Below, one piece after another: positions 1-9,004 of a stretch of DNA of 64,000 nucleotides (position 1 is the stretch's first letter; every line of letters starts with the position of its first letter). Source of the stretch: Opitutales bacterium (GTDB lineage Bacteria > Verrucomicrobiota > Verrucomicrobiia > Opitutales > UBA2987); the NCBI GenBank assembly GCA_965226205.1, contig CBDDCJ010000029.1, forward strand, positions 20,667-84,666, read 5' to 3'. Both the position numbers and the translations under genes were made by a program. Under the pieces are notes generated by a model. The model saw nothing but the letters and a program-made list of their open reading frames with translations. It was not told the DNA's origin and ran no database searches.

Positions 1-113
1 ATGAAACTTCGTCGATTACGAGGACGGCGACGACTCCTGAAGATTCGATTTTCCGAATTAAAGTATCTGAAAACATTTAGAGATGTTATAAATGAAAAAT
101 GGTTAAATTAATT

Positions 114-1212
114 TTATCGCACGACGCGGGCACCGGCCCCGGCTCTGACTTTTTCCACTTCATTGACGCTGGCCATGGAGGTGTCCCCCGGAGTGGTCAT
201 GGCCAGGGCTCCGTGGGCGGCCCCATATTCGACGGCCTCCTGTGGATCGTTTTTGGTCAGCAAGCCGTAGATAAAACCGCTGGCAAAACTGTCTCCGCCG
301 CCCACCCGATCCATAATTTCGAGATCGGCATAGGAACGGCTTTGGTAAAATTTGCCCTGCAACCAGGCGATGGCGCCCCAATCGTTGATGGTGGCCGTTT
401 TGACCCCGCGCAAAGTTGTGGCCGTGGCCTTGAAATTGGGAAATTCCCGCGCCGCCGTCTCGATCATTTTTTTAAATCCCTCAATGGGCAGGTCCCTCAA
501 ATTTTCGTCAACCCCTTCCACCTCGAAACCGAGACAGGCGATAAAATCCTCCTCGTTCCCAATCATGACATCGACATATTTTGCGATCTCACGATTGACT
601 TCCCGGGCATTTGGCCTGGCCGCCGATGGATTTCCACAGCGAGGGCCGGTAATTGAGGTCGTAGGAAACGATGGTTCCGTGTTTTTGGGCTGACTGGACG
701 GCTTCCAGGATAACTTCCGCCGTTGTTTCGCTGAGAGCGGCAAAGATACCGCCGGTATGGAGCCAACGCGCGCCGCAGTTGCCGAAAATATGGTCCCAAT
801 CGACATCGCCCGGCTTCATCTGGCAGGAGGCGGTCTGTCCGCGATCGGGAACCCCCACCGCCCCCCGTATGCCGAAACCGCGCTCCGTGAAATTGAGTCC
901 GTTGCGCACCGTGCGGCCAATCCCGTCGTAGGGGAGCCATTGGATGAATTGCGTATCGACGCCTCCTTGCAGGATGAAGTCCTCAATCAGGCGGCCGATT
1001 TCATTGTCGGCAAATGCCGTAACCACGGCCGTTCTCAAGCCAAAACAACGGCGCAGTCCCCTGGTCACGTTATACTCGCCGCCGCCCTCCCAGGCGGTGA
1101 ATTGGCGGGCCGTGCGGACGCGTCCCTCTCCAGGATCGAGACGGAGCATGATTTCTCCCAGGGAAACGCAGTCGTATTGGCAGGAGTCGGCGGGTCTGAT
1201 ATCAAGGCTCAT
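114..1212 (-). pseudogene. PfkB-family sugar kinase (2-keto-3-deoxygluconate kinase-like), single frameshift
   Basis: Two overlapping minus ORFs (589..1212 and 114..806) together make one PfkB kinase. The N part ends ...IVSYDLNYRPSLWKSIGGQAK. The C part continues AREVNREIAKYVDVMIGNEEDF...GGGDSFASGFIYG. The frame switch is near 600-640, at GCCAAATGCCCGG on the coding strand. Confidence 0.8.
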
Positions 1213-1244
1213 GGCGGCAAGTTAAATGCTGGGCGCTAGATGCA

Positions 1245-1397
1245 GGTTTCAGGTGTCAGGATGTGGAATATGGGATTCATGTGGTTTATAAATGGCAAGA
1301 GGGTTTATTTCGGATGAACTGTCAAGCGACTGCGATTTGAAAGGAATCACCGATAAGAGGAAAACACCACGTTTCCTGACACCTGACACCTGAAACC
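1245..1397. repeat. Intergenic inverted repeat built from CCTGACA heptamers
   Basis: GGTTTCAGGTGTCAGG (1245-1260) is the exact reverse complement of CCTGACACCTGAAACC (1382-1397). The right arm is a tandem CCTGACA CCTGACA CCTGAAA. The spacer is about 120 bp. It lies between the dehydrogenase stop and the kinase start. Confidence 0.7.
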
Positions 1398-1398
1398 C

Positions 1399-2379
1399 CT
1401 ATCCCCCTCCTCCCGGCTTGATGGGCACATCGTTGAATTGCGCCAGGGGTTTTTCTCCTCTCAGGGCGAGAATCAGGTTTTTTGTCGCCTTGGTGGCCTG
1501 CCGGACCACGCTCTCATAGGTGCGCGATCCGATGTGGGGCGTTATCAGGCAATTGGGCGCGCTGAACAGTGGATGGTCTTCCGGGGGCGGCTCCAGTTCG
1601 AGCACATCGGCGCCGTAACCGCCCACTTGCCCGCTTATTAGCGCTGCCACCATGGCGCCAGTATCGACCAGTTCCCCACGGGCGCAATTGATGACCAGAA
1701 CGCCTTTTTTCATGCGGCCGATGCTTTCCGCGTCGAGCATGTTGCGGGTCTCCGGGGTGAGGTTGGTGTGCAGAGTCACGATGTCGGAAGCGTTTAACAT
1801 TTCGCCCAGCGATTCGGCTCTCTTGACTCCGTGCCGGTCAGCGAATTCGCGGTCCCAATAGATGTCGTAGGCGAGCGTTTCCAGGCCGAAGGCTTTGGCC
1901 CGGATGGCCATTTCCTTGCCGATGCGGCCAAGACCGGCGATCCCGATTTTCCTGCCCATGATCTCACGGCCGGTAAGCCGTTTCCATTGGCCGGAGCGGG
2001 TGAAATTCACCTCTTCAACGAGGTTTCGTACCAGCGCCAATAGGAGGGCGAAACAATGCTCCGCCACCGTGGTGTGGTTGACGCCGGGGGTGAAGAGCAC
2101 GGGAATGCCAAGCTCGGTGGCGGCCTCGATATCGATTTTGTCCAGACCGATGCCGTACTTGCTTAAAACACGCAAACGGGGGAGGGCCTTTTCCAGCACC
2201 CGCCGGGTAATCCTGTCGTCCCCGCAAATGATGCCATCTACCTCGCCTACCAGTTCGAGGGTTTGCTCTTCGTTGAGAGGCCCCCGGGCGGTAATGATTT
2301 CATAACCGGTTTCGCGGAGCAGTTGATGATGCTCCCCAGGGATGTCCTGGAAAGAAGTCGTGGTAAGCAAAATAACCAT
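1399..2379 (-). CDS. D-isomer-specific 2-hydroxyacid dehydrogenase (SerA/GyaR-like)
   Basis: 326-aa ORF. It has a Rossmann motif GIAGLGRIGKEMA and the typical C-terminal TPHIGSRT segment. Confidence 0.85.
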   Translation of the reverse strand: MVILLTTTSFQDIPGEHHQLLRETGYEIITARGPLNEEQTLELVGEVDGIICGDDRITRRVLEKALPRLRVLSKYGIGLDKIDIEAATELGIPVLFTPGVNHTTVAEHCFALLLALVRNLVEEVNFTRSGQWKRLTGREIMGRKIGIAGLGRIGKEMAIRAKAFGLETLAYDIYWDREFADRHGVKRAESLGEMLNASDIVTLHTNLTPETRNMLDAESIGRMKKGVLVINCARGELVDTGAMVAALISGQVGGYGADVLELEPPPEDHPLFSAPNCLITPHIGSRTYESVVRQATKATKNLILALRGEKPLAQFNDVPIKPGGGG

Positions 2380-2438
2380 TTGTAATTAAATATTTTATAA
2401 TGATTGCCGTCCAAAATGTAAATGACCCGCTGCCGCAA

Positions 2439-3089
2439 TCAGGCGTATCCTCCCACCGCGATGCAATGGCAGGTCGTTCCCCCGAGGACGAACAGGTGCC
2501 AGATGAAATGGCAGTATTTTACCCTGTTATCAAGCGAGTAAAAAACCACTCCCAAAGTGTAGAAAAGCCCACCCGCAACAAGCCAGAAAAGCCCCCAGCC
2601 CGGAATAAGCAGCCACAACTGCTGGATGGCGATGACGGCCAGCCAGCCCATCAGGAGGTAGAGAAAGGTCGAGAAACGCGGGTAGCGCATGGGACCGAAA
2701 GCCTTGAGCACAACCCCTACCAGGGCCAGGCCCCAAATGACCCCGAAAAGCGTCCAACCCCAGGGACCGCGGAGCACGCCGAGCGTGAAGGGCGTATAGG
2801 TTCCGGCAATCAAAAGGAAAATAGCGGAGTGGTCGAGAACCTGAAAAACCTTTTTGGCCCGGTTCCTGGCCAAGGCATGATAGAGGGTCGAAATAAAATA
2901 GAGCAGCAGCATGGAAGCGCCGAAAATGCTGGCCCCCACGACCCCCGCCGCCCCGCCATGGCGAACGGCCATGACAATCAGAATCGGAGTGGCAACCAGT
3001 GCGCCCACCAGCCCAACGCCATGACTGACGCTATTGGCAATCTCCTCTCCCAGAGTCTGCGGGTGTTCTTCCATAGTTAGCGTTTTCAT
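2439..3089 (-). CDS. Hemolysin III / PAQR family membrane protein
   Basis: 216-aa hydrophobic ORF with family motifs LDHSAIFLLIAGTYTP and HFIWHLFVLGG. Confidence 0.8.
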   Translation of the reverse strand: MKTLTMEEHPQTLGEEIANSVSHGVGLVGALVATPILIVMAVRHGGAAGVVGASIFGASMLLLYFISTLYHALARNRAKKVFQVLDHSAIFLLIAGTYTPFTLGVLRGPWGWTLFGVIWGLALVGVVLKAFGPMRYPRFSTFLYLLMGWLAVIAIQQLWLLIPGWGLFWLVAGGLFYTLGVVFYSLDNRVKYCHFIWHLFVLGGTTCHCIAVGGYA

Positions 3090-3152
3090 TGCTTTATAGG
3101 CTCTTCGTCATTTTTGGGCGGGGAACTGTTTGTAGAGTTTTTTCGCCAATAT

Positions 3153-4127
3153 TCAGGACCGCAGGACGCCGGCGATTTGTTCCGTGAGGAAATTTTGATA
3201 GGTGGTTTTGAGTCCTTCCTCAAGCAAAATGCGCGGCTGCCAGCCGGTTTGCCGGATGAGGGAAATGTCCAAGAGTTTACGGGGTGGGCCATCCGGTTTG
3301 GTCGCATCGGTTAAAATCTTGCCTTCGAATCCCACTACCCGGCCGATGGTGCGGGCCAGTTCCAAAATGGAGACATCCGCGCCGGTTCCTACGTTTATCC
3401 AGTCGGGCGGGTTATTCAGTTGCAGAAGATGATAAACGGCTTCCGCCAGATCGTCCACATGGAGGAACTCCCTCCGAGGCGTCCCGCTGCCCCAGAGTGT
3501 GACTTCGCCGAGGTCTTTCTCCACCGCCTCGTGAAATCGCCGCAGGAGGGCGGGAATGACGTGGCTGTTTTGCGGGTGGTAGTTGTCACCCGGACCATAA
3601 AGATTGGTCGGCATGGCGGAGTGGAAGAGCGCCCCATGCTGCCGCCAGAAGAATTGGCAGAGCTTGAGGCCCGCGATTTTGGCCAGGGCGTAAGCCTCGT
3701 TGGTCGTCTCCAGAGGGCCGGTCAGGAGCGCCTCTTCGGTCATGGGTTGGGCCGCCTCGCGCGGGTAGATGCAGGAGCTGCCCAGAAAGAGCAGCCGGCG
3801 CACACCCGATTGGTGGGCCGCATGGATGACATTGAGGGCGATGGCCAGGTTGTCGTAAATGAAATCCGCCGGATAGGTGGCGTTGGCATGAATCCCTCCC
3901 ACCTTGGCGGCGGCCAAGATAACATGGTCTGGCTGTTTATTCTCGAAAAAGGACCGCACAGCCGCCGCCTGGCGCAAATCCAGCTCGTCGCGGGTGGCAG
4001 TGAGTAGATTTCGAAAACCTTTTGCCCGTAAATTCCTCACAATAGCGGACCCGACCATGCCTCGGTGCCCGGCCACGAATATGGAGTCATCCGGGTTGAT
4101 CATTTTGCTTTCCATTTCTCTCCACAA
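3153..4127 (-). CDS. fcl: GDP-L-fucose synthase
   Basis: 324-aa ORF. It has an SDR N-terminus [12 protein letters not shown] and a YALAKIAG (YxxxK) motif. It lies directly downstream of gmd. The start may be a few codons inside the ORF. Confidence 0.9.
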   Translation of the reverse strand: MWREMESKMINPDDSIFVAGHRGMVGSAIVRNLRAKGFRNLLTATRDELDLRQAAAVRSFFENKQPDHVILAAAKVGGIHANATYPADFIYDNLAIALNVIHAAHQSGVRRLLFLGSSCIYPREAAQPMTEEALLTGPLETTNEAYALAKIAGLKLCQFFWRQHGALFHSAMPTNLYGPGDNYHPQNSHVIPALLRRFHEAVEKDLGEVTLWGSGTPRREFLHVDDLAEAVYHLLQLNNPPDWINVGTGADVSILELARTIGRVVGFEGKILTDATKPDGPPRKLLDISLIRQTGWQPRILLEEGLKTTYQNFLTEQIAGVLRS

Positions 4128-4136
4128 TGAAGGGCT

Positions 4137-5156
4137 CTATTTGCCCGACGAAGCCTGTTGGTAGGCCAGTTCATTTTCAGCCAATTCCAGGTCCGCCTCG
4201 ACCATGATTTGCACAAGTTTCTTGAAAGTCACCCGCGGTTCCCAATTCAAATGCTGCCGGGCTTTGGCCGGATCGCCGACGAGCAGATCGACTTCCGAGG
4301 GGCGTTCGTAGCGGGAATCACTTTTCACAAATTCCTTCCAGTCCAGATCGAGGAGCCCGAAGGCTTCCTGGCAAAACTCCCGCACGCTGTGGTTCTCGTT
4401 GGTGGCGATCACATAGTCCCCTGGCTTGTCCTGCTGCAGCATGAGCCACATGGCCTCGACATAATCGGGCGCGTAACCCCAATCGCGCCGGGCCTCCATG
4501 TTCCCGAGAAAAAGATTCTTCTGCAACCCCACCTTGATGCGGGTGGCGGCCCGCGTAATTTTGCGGGTGACAAAAGTTTCCCCCCGGCGGGGAGACTCGT
4601 GGTTGAAAAGGATGCCGTTGCTGGCGTGCAAATCATAGGCCTCCCGGTAGTTTACGGTTAACCAGTAGGAAAATACTTTGGCGCATCCATAAGGGGAACG
4701 AGGATAAAAAGGCGTGCTCTCGGTCTGGGGAACTTCCTGCACTTTACCATACATCTCGGAAGAAGATGCCTGGTAAAACCGCACTTTCTTTTCCAGGCCA
4801 GCCTCCCTTAATCCCTCCAACATGCGGACCGTGCCCAAGCCGGTGACATCCCCAGTATATTCCGGAATGTCAAAAGAAACGCGCACATGGCTCTGCGCTC
4901 CCAGGTTGTAGATCTCCTCCGGCTCGACATCGTAAAAAAGCTTGGCCAGGCGGCCTCCGTCCGAAAGATCGCCGAAATGAAGAAAGAGTCGGGTGCTGTC
5001 AATATGGGGGTCCTGATAAATATGATCGATGCGCGAGGTATTAAAAGTAGAGGCGCGCCGGATAATCCCATGCACCTCGTAATCCTTCTTGAGAAGCAAC
5101 TCGGCCAGATAAGAACCATCCTGCCCGGTGATTCCGGTTATAAATGCTCGTTTCAT
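4137..5156 (-). CDS. gmd: GDP-mannose 4,6-dehydratase
   Basis: ORF 4137..5183. Homology starts at [22 protein letters not shown] (internal Met at 5156). It has SSEMYG and YGCAKVF motifs. Confidence 0.92.
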   Translation of the reverse strand: MKRAFITGITGQDGSYLAELLLKKDYEVHGIIRRASTFNTSRIDHIYQDPHIDSTRLFLHFGDLSDGGRLAKLFYDVEPEEIYNLGAQSHVRVSFDIPEYTGDVTGLGTVRMLEGLREAGLEKKVRFYQASSSEMYGKVQEVPQTESTPFYPRSPYGCAKVFSYWLTVNYREAYDLHASNGILFNHESPRRGETFVTRKITRAATRIKVGLQKNLFLGNMEARRDWGYAPDYVEAMWLMLQQDKPGDYVIATNENHSVREFCQEAFGLLDLDWKEFVKSDSRYERPSEVDLLVGDPAKARQHLNWEPRVTFKKLVQIMVEADLELAENELAYQQASSGK

Positions 5157-5212
5157 AATATCAAAATACCGACCTTTTCCCACTCGTTGAATAACCCAAA
5201 TATTTCATAAAA

Positions 5213-5300
5213 CCATAGATTACACTGGTAAGCGCAGATAAATAAAATTAATTTCGATTGGTAATCAACAAATTATCTGTGTCAATCCGTGTATTCTGCG
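5213..5300. repeat. Inverted arrays of 10-bp-phased heptamers (ATCYGYG family)
   Basis: The left arm is CCATAGATTACACTGGTAAGCGCAGATAA (5213-5241). The right arm is TTATCTGTGTCAATCCGTGTATTCTGCG (5273-5300). The units are spaced 10 bp apart and the two arms are in opposite orientation. Confidence 0.65.
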
Positions 5301-5417
5301 TTTAAAAAATCCATCGCCGATGGAAGAAAAACTGATTTTCAGGAATTGACGAAAACACCCCGCATGGCAACATAGACCCTCAACCAGAAGCCCGGCCGAA
5401 ATCATTGACCGGTTATT

Positions 5418-5494
5418 GGGGGATTAGCTCAGTTGGTTAGAGCGCTTGCTTCACACGCAAGAAGTCGCTGGTTCGAGTCCAGTATCTCCCACCA
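5418..5494 (+). tRNA. tRNA-Val (anticodon CAC), CCA encoded
   Basis: Hand-folded cloverleaf. Acceptor GGGGGAT/ATCTCCC, D stem GCTC/GAGC, anticodon stem CTTGC/GCAAG with loop TTCACAC, T arm GCTGG-TTCGAGT-CCAGT, then ACCA. Confidence 0.9.
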
Positions 5495-5503
5495 TTTTCC
5501 TAT

Positions 5504-5537
5504 AATCCTGTAAATTAATAACTTACAGGATTTTTTT
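5504..5537 (+). terminator. Rho-independent terminator after tRNA-Val
   Basis: Stem AATCCTGTAA / TTACAGGATT with loop ATTAATAAC, followed by TTTTTT. Confidence 0.75.
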
Positions 5538-5979
5538 GTGTTTCTAATATGCTCTTCTTACAGCAACCTTACATCACAAACTATGCAAGTTTCTTTGGTT
5601 TATATGGTCATAAAAGCATCATAAGAGAGGAATTTTCCTTATCCCACCTTTGCCAGCTTACCAACCAATGAGACCAGCAAGCGTAGCTCTGAGGCTATGG
5701 CGCGGATGCTTTTGAAACAATATAAATATGGGTTCATAAGTATTTGATTACCAAAAGACAATGATTTTGCTTATCCCGCTTTTTATCCCGAAATACCGAT
5801 CAGAATCAATTGCGAGGTCGGGATGCTCTCCCACCCAAAGATGTTTGTTATTTTTTTTGAGGTATTTGTAGGTGATCTCGTTCACCTTTTGATCTTCCCT
5901 ATTCAGGGTCAAATTCTTTCCTGGGCCACGAAATGTGTCTCCAAACAGATTACAGGGCTGCCCATGGTGAATCTCCCTG

Positions 5980-6138
5980 GTGATGTGACCGCCAAAAACA
6001 CGACCATTGCCAGTGAGAGTCTTTCGGGAGAAATTACCGGAAAGACCTACGAAGCAAAAAAATACACCCCTGAACAGACCATAACGATACTGCGCGAAGT
6101 AGACGCAGGCAAGGTAGTGTTTTTGGCGGTCACATCAC
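5980..6138. mobile_element. Miniature IS3-family derivative (MITE-like)
   Basis: There is a perfect 22-bp terminal inverted repeat: GTGATGTGACCGCCAAAAACAC at 5980-6001 and its reverse complement at 6117-6138. The interior encodes only an IS3/IS407-type OrfA start (..KKYTPEQTITILREVDAGK). No transposase body is present and I found no clear TSD. Confidence 0.7.
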
Positions 6139-6167
6139 AGGCGCTCGAAGCGCGATTCCGCATCCCC

Positions 6168-7693
6168 TCATTGTGCGGGTTCATTTAGCCCGAGGCGCGC
6201 ATACTGTTCGGGCGGTGCTTCGCAGGAATTCATGAGGGTCAAGAGGTGTTCGCGCATGCGGGCCTCCACCGCTTCATCTTCGAGTGGCCGCTCTTCGCCG
6301 GGATCTTGGGATACGTCGTAGAGGCGGGTGGTCAGTTTCGAACCTGTCCACTTACCGCCGCCGATTCCTGGATGGCGGTCAATCTTCATGGTAGCGCAAT
6401 CCTTGGTAAACCCAAAGGGCGGTTGCAGGCTGATTTTTTCCCGCAGCTCCTCCATACTGAAGAGGTCGCGCATATGGGCGGGCATTAGGGTATATTCGAA
6501 TAGTGGGCCGTTGGCCTCACCAACCGGGCCGCGCATGTAAACATAGCGGCCGTCGGTCACGTTCACATGGGCTCCGTGCATGCCGAAGGATGGCGGCCTC
6601 CCGAATCGGAGTGTCGTCGGCGATGGCCTGAGACAGGGAACGGCCCAGCATGTCCGGGGTCGCCTCCACTCCGAAAAAATCGAGGAGGGTGGGGCCGAGA
6701 TCAATGGAAGGCTGAATGAGGGCCTGCCGGCGCTCGCCCCCGCTTCCGGCAGCGCGGATCCCAGATAAAAAACGGGGTGTGCGCGATCTCCTGGTAAAAC
6801 GGGCACCAGCACTTCCCGGTGCCGTCATGCTCGCCGAGGAGGAACCCGTGGTCCGTCCACACGATCAGCATGGTGTCCTCCCACATTTTGAGGCGGTCCA
6901 TGGTGTCGAGGACGTCGCCCAGTTTGGCGTCGCACATGCTGATGAGGGAGGCGTTTTCATGGCGCAGGTGCTCGATCTGCTCGGGAATTTCCTCCACCTT
7001 TCCGTAATTGGGCCAGTCGAAATGGGGACCAGTATAGCGGTCGTAGTGCGCCGCGTAGTGATGCTTGTACTGGCGTGCGCTGAAATAGGGTTCATGCGGA
7101 TCGAAGGTTTCGATTTGCAGCCACCAGTTGTCCTCCTTGCGATTGCGCTCGATGAATTCTATCCCTGCTCTGAACGTTTTCGATTGAGAATGGTCTCCCT
7201 CGGACGGCATTGCGCCCCGATTTTTCCAATCCTGCTGAATCCACGGCATCGGAAAACTGGGATTCGTGTTCCCATGCCTGCCGATGGCCTCCGGATGCTC
7301 GCTCGGGGCGACCTGCCCGAACCAGGGGTCGCCCTCATGGCCGCGGAAAAACTCCCAGGTATTGTAGCGGGTGTGGTAATTGGCGCCTCCCGTTTCGAAA
7401 TAATGGTAGTGATCGGTGCAGAGGTGCGTGTAGACTCCGGCCTTCTTGAGAATCTCCGGCACCGAATCGTCAAACGGCTCGAGCGGTCCCCAACTGCGAT
7501 GCAAGAAGTTGGGACGCCCGGTGTGCAAATCCCTTCTCGCCGGCATGCAAGGCATCGAACAAACATAGCTTTGGTCAAACGTCACCGTCTGCTCCGCCAG
7601 GCGTTTGAAATTGGGCGCGTGGACCCAATCGCAGCCAAAAGGGGCAGCATGTGCCGGTTAAGCGAATCGAACATGACCATGATTATTTTCATA
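6168..7693 (-). pseudogene. Sulfatase (formylglycine type), at least 3 frameshifts
   Basis: The start MKIIMVMFDSLNRHML (7693) is out of frame with PFGCDWVHAPNFKRLAEQTVTFDQSYVCSMPCMPARRDLHTGR (CxPxR signature). The C-terminal half is spread over ORFs 6701..7585, 6517..6828 and 6168..6812. Confidence 0.85.
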
Positions 7694-7914
7694 GGGCTCC
7701 TTGGAAATTAACTCTTATCCGAGATTTCCCATATGAACATTCATAATCGTTGAAACTAGCTACTATCCAATAGTTCGATCCAATTTTCGGTTTTCATTGT
7801 GATTTGGCAATCCTTTCCTTCCTGTATTCTCCAGCAGGGCCCCCTGGGACTGAGCATGATTGGCCCTTTGCGATCACCTCCGGCACCAAAGAAATTTCAT
7901 TTCAAGTGGGTGTA

Positions 7915-8135
7915 TGAAATGGACGGGGAAAACTGGACAGTGGAATAAGGTGGTCTTGAGCCACTAAATCCGCTAACCTATGAATGTTATTAAATCACGA
8001 AAGAGAAGACAATACGGTGCTCAGTTTAAAGCCCGGGTGGCCCTGGAAGCAATCAGGGGCGCTCATACCATCAACGAGATCGCCGGTCGTTTTGAGGTGC
8101 ATCCGAACCAGGTGACCCAATGGGGAAAGGGCCGG
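7915..8135 (+). mobile_element. IS3-family left end (IR plus orfA 5' part), truncated
   Basis: TGAAATGGACGGGGAAAACTGGACAGTGG resembles an IS3-family IRL. OrfA-like N-terminus: KRRQYGAQFKARVALEAIRGAHTINEIAGRFEVHPNQVTQW. Homology stops near 8125-8150. Confidence 0.65.
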
Positions 8136-8813
8136 AGCAACCCGGCCCGCAAGTGGCGGCGAGGCACCCCGCAGGGAGCGCCCATATCGCCGCTTCTGGC
8201 CAACCTGTATATGCGCCGTTTTATTCTCGGCTGGAAAACGCTCGGTTATGCCGAGCAGTTGCGCTCGCATATTGTGAACTACGCAGACGACTTCGTCATC
8301 CTCTGCCGGGGAACCGGCGTGGAGGCTCTCGAAGCCATGCGTCATATTATGAAGCGGGTGAAACTGACGGTCAACGAAGAGAAGACGCGGTTGTGCCGAA
8401 TACCCGAGGAATCTTTCGAGTTCCTTGGCTACACCATAGGGCGTTGTCATTCGCCTCGAACGGGCAAAGCCTACCTAGGCACAAAACCGTCCAAGACGAA
8501 GGTCCAACGAGTCAATCGGCGAATCAGTGAAATGACGCGAGCGAACACCCAGTGGCGAGAAACCGAGCAGATGGTAACAGCAATCAACCGTCAATTGCGC
8601 GGCTGGGGCCACTACTTCTGTCTGGGATCGGTGAGCAAAGCCTACCGGGCGGTGGACAGCCACAGCCGGTATCGGCTACGCCAGTGGTTGCACAAGAAAC
8701 ACAAGCGCAAAGGAGCGGGCACGAAACAGTATCCAGATGAATATCTGCATGATACGCTCGGCCTGGTCTGTTTGGGATTAACAACAGGCAACCTCCCGTG
8801 GGCGAAAACATGA
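7980..8813 (+). pseudogene. Chimeric ORF: IS3 OrfA N-terminus fused to the C-terminal two thirds of a group II intron reverse transcriptase/maturase
   Basis: After ..HPNQVTQWGK the ORF continues RGTPQGAPISPLLANLYM...IVNYADDFVILC (YADD RT motif)...FLGYTI...QLRGWGHYFCLG (maturase X-domain style). RT domains 0-4 are absent. Confidence 0.8.
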
Positions 8814-8990
8814 AAATACCCTTGTCCGAAAGCCGGATGCGGGTACCGAGCAACGCGACATCCTCCAAACCGCACGTCCGGTTTGATGAGCGGGAGAGTG
8901 GAAACGGAGATATGGAAGGATATTCAGGCACCGGCAACCGAAAGGGTCGGTCTCAGCTATGGCCTAACCTACGTCCACCGCGCCACCTCC
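8136..8990 (+). mobile_element. Group II intron 3' remnant (RT 3' part plus domain V-like helix)
   Basis: RT/maturase as above. At 8831-8883 there is a helix with an AGC triad, a G-U wobble and an AC bulge as in domain V, but with a 27-nt apical loop. The 3' boundary is not determined. Confidence 0.55.
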
Positions 8991-9004
8991 CGACTCTACT
9001 GAAT

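Noticed and set aside
1-111. 36-codon ORF at the very start of the window (MKLRRLRGRRRLLKIRFSELKYLKTFRDVINEKWLN)
   Set aside because: It has no recognisable family, it sits at the window edge and it lies tail to tail with the kinase gene stop region. I cannot support it as a gene.
5828-5836. 9-bp match (TCTCCCACC) to the 3' end of tRNA-Val as a possible att repeat of a decayed island
   Set aside because: A 9-mer match somewhere in 64 kb is expected by chance about half the time. No integrase gene is present.
5950-5980. Minus-strand peptide PGRFTMGSP, resembling the N-terminal motif of formylglycine-generating enzyme, next to the sulfatase pseudogene
   Set aside because: Only about 8 residues match before a stop. 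A different frame gives the longer open stretch. The evidence is too thin to call an FGE remnant.
6716-7711. Long antisense ORFs opposite real genes: 6716..7711, 27675..28616, 17314..18054 and 22504..23244, 45308..46306, 10844..11503, 29460..30077, 40198..40779
   Set aside because: Each overlaps a gene with strong family motifs on the other strand (sulfatase, copA, IS transposase, SGNH hydrolase, RHS, Usp, fumC). The translations are Arg/Pro/Gly-rich, typical of shadow ORFs in GC-rich DNA.
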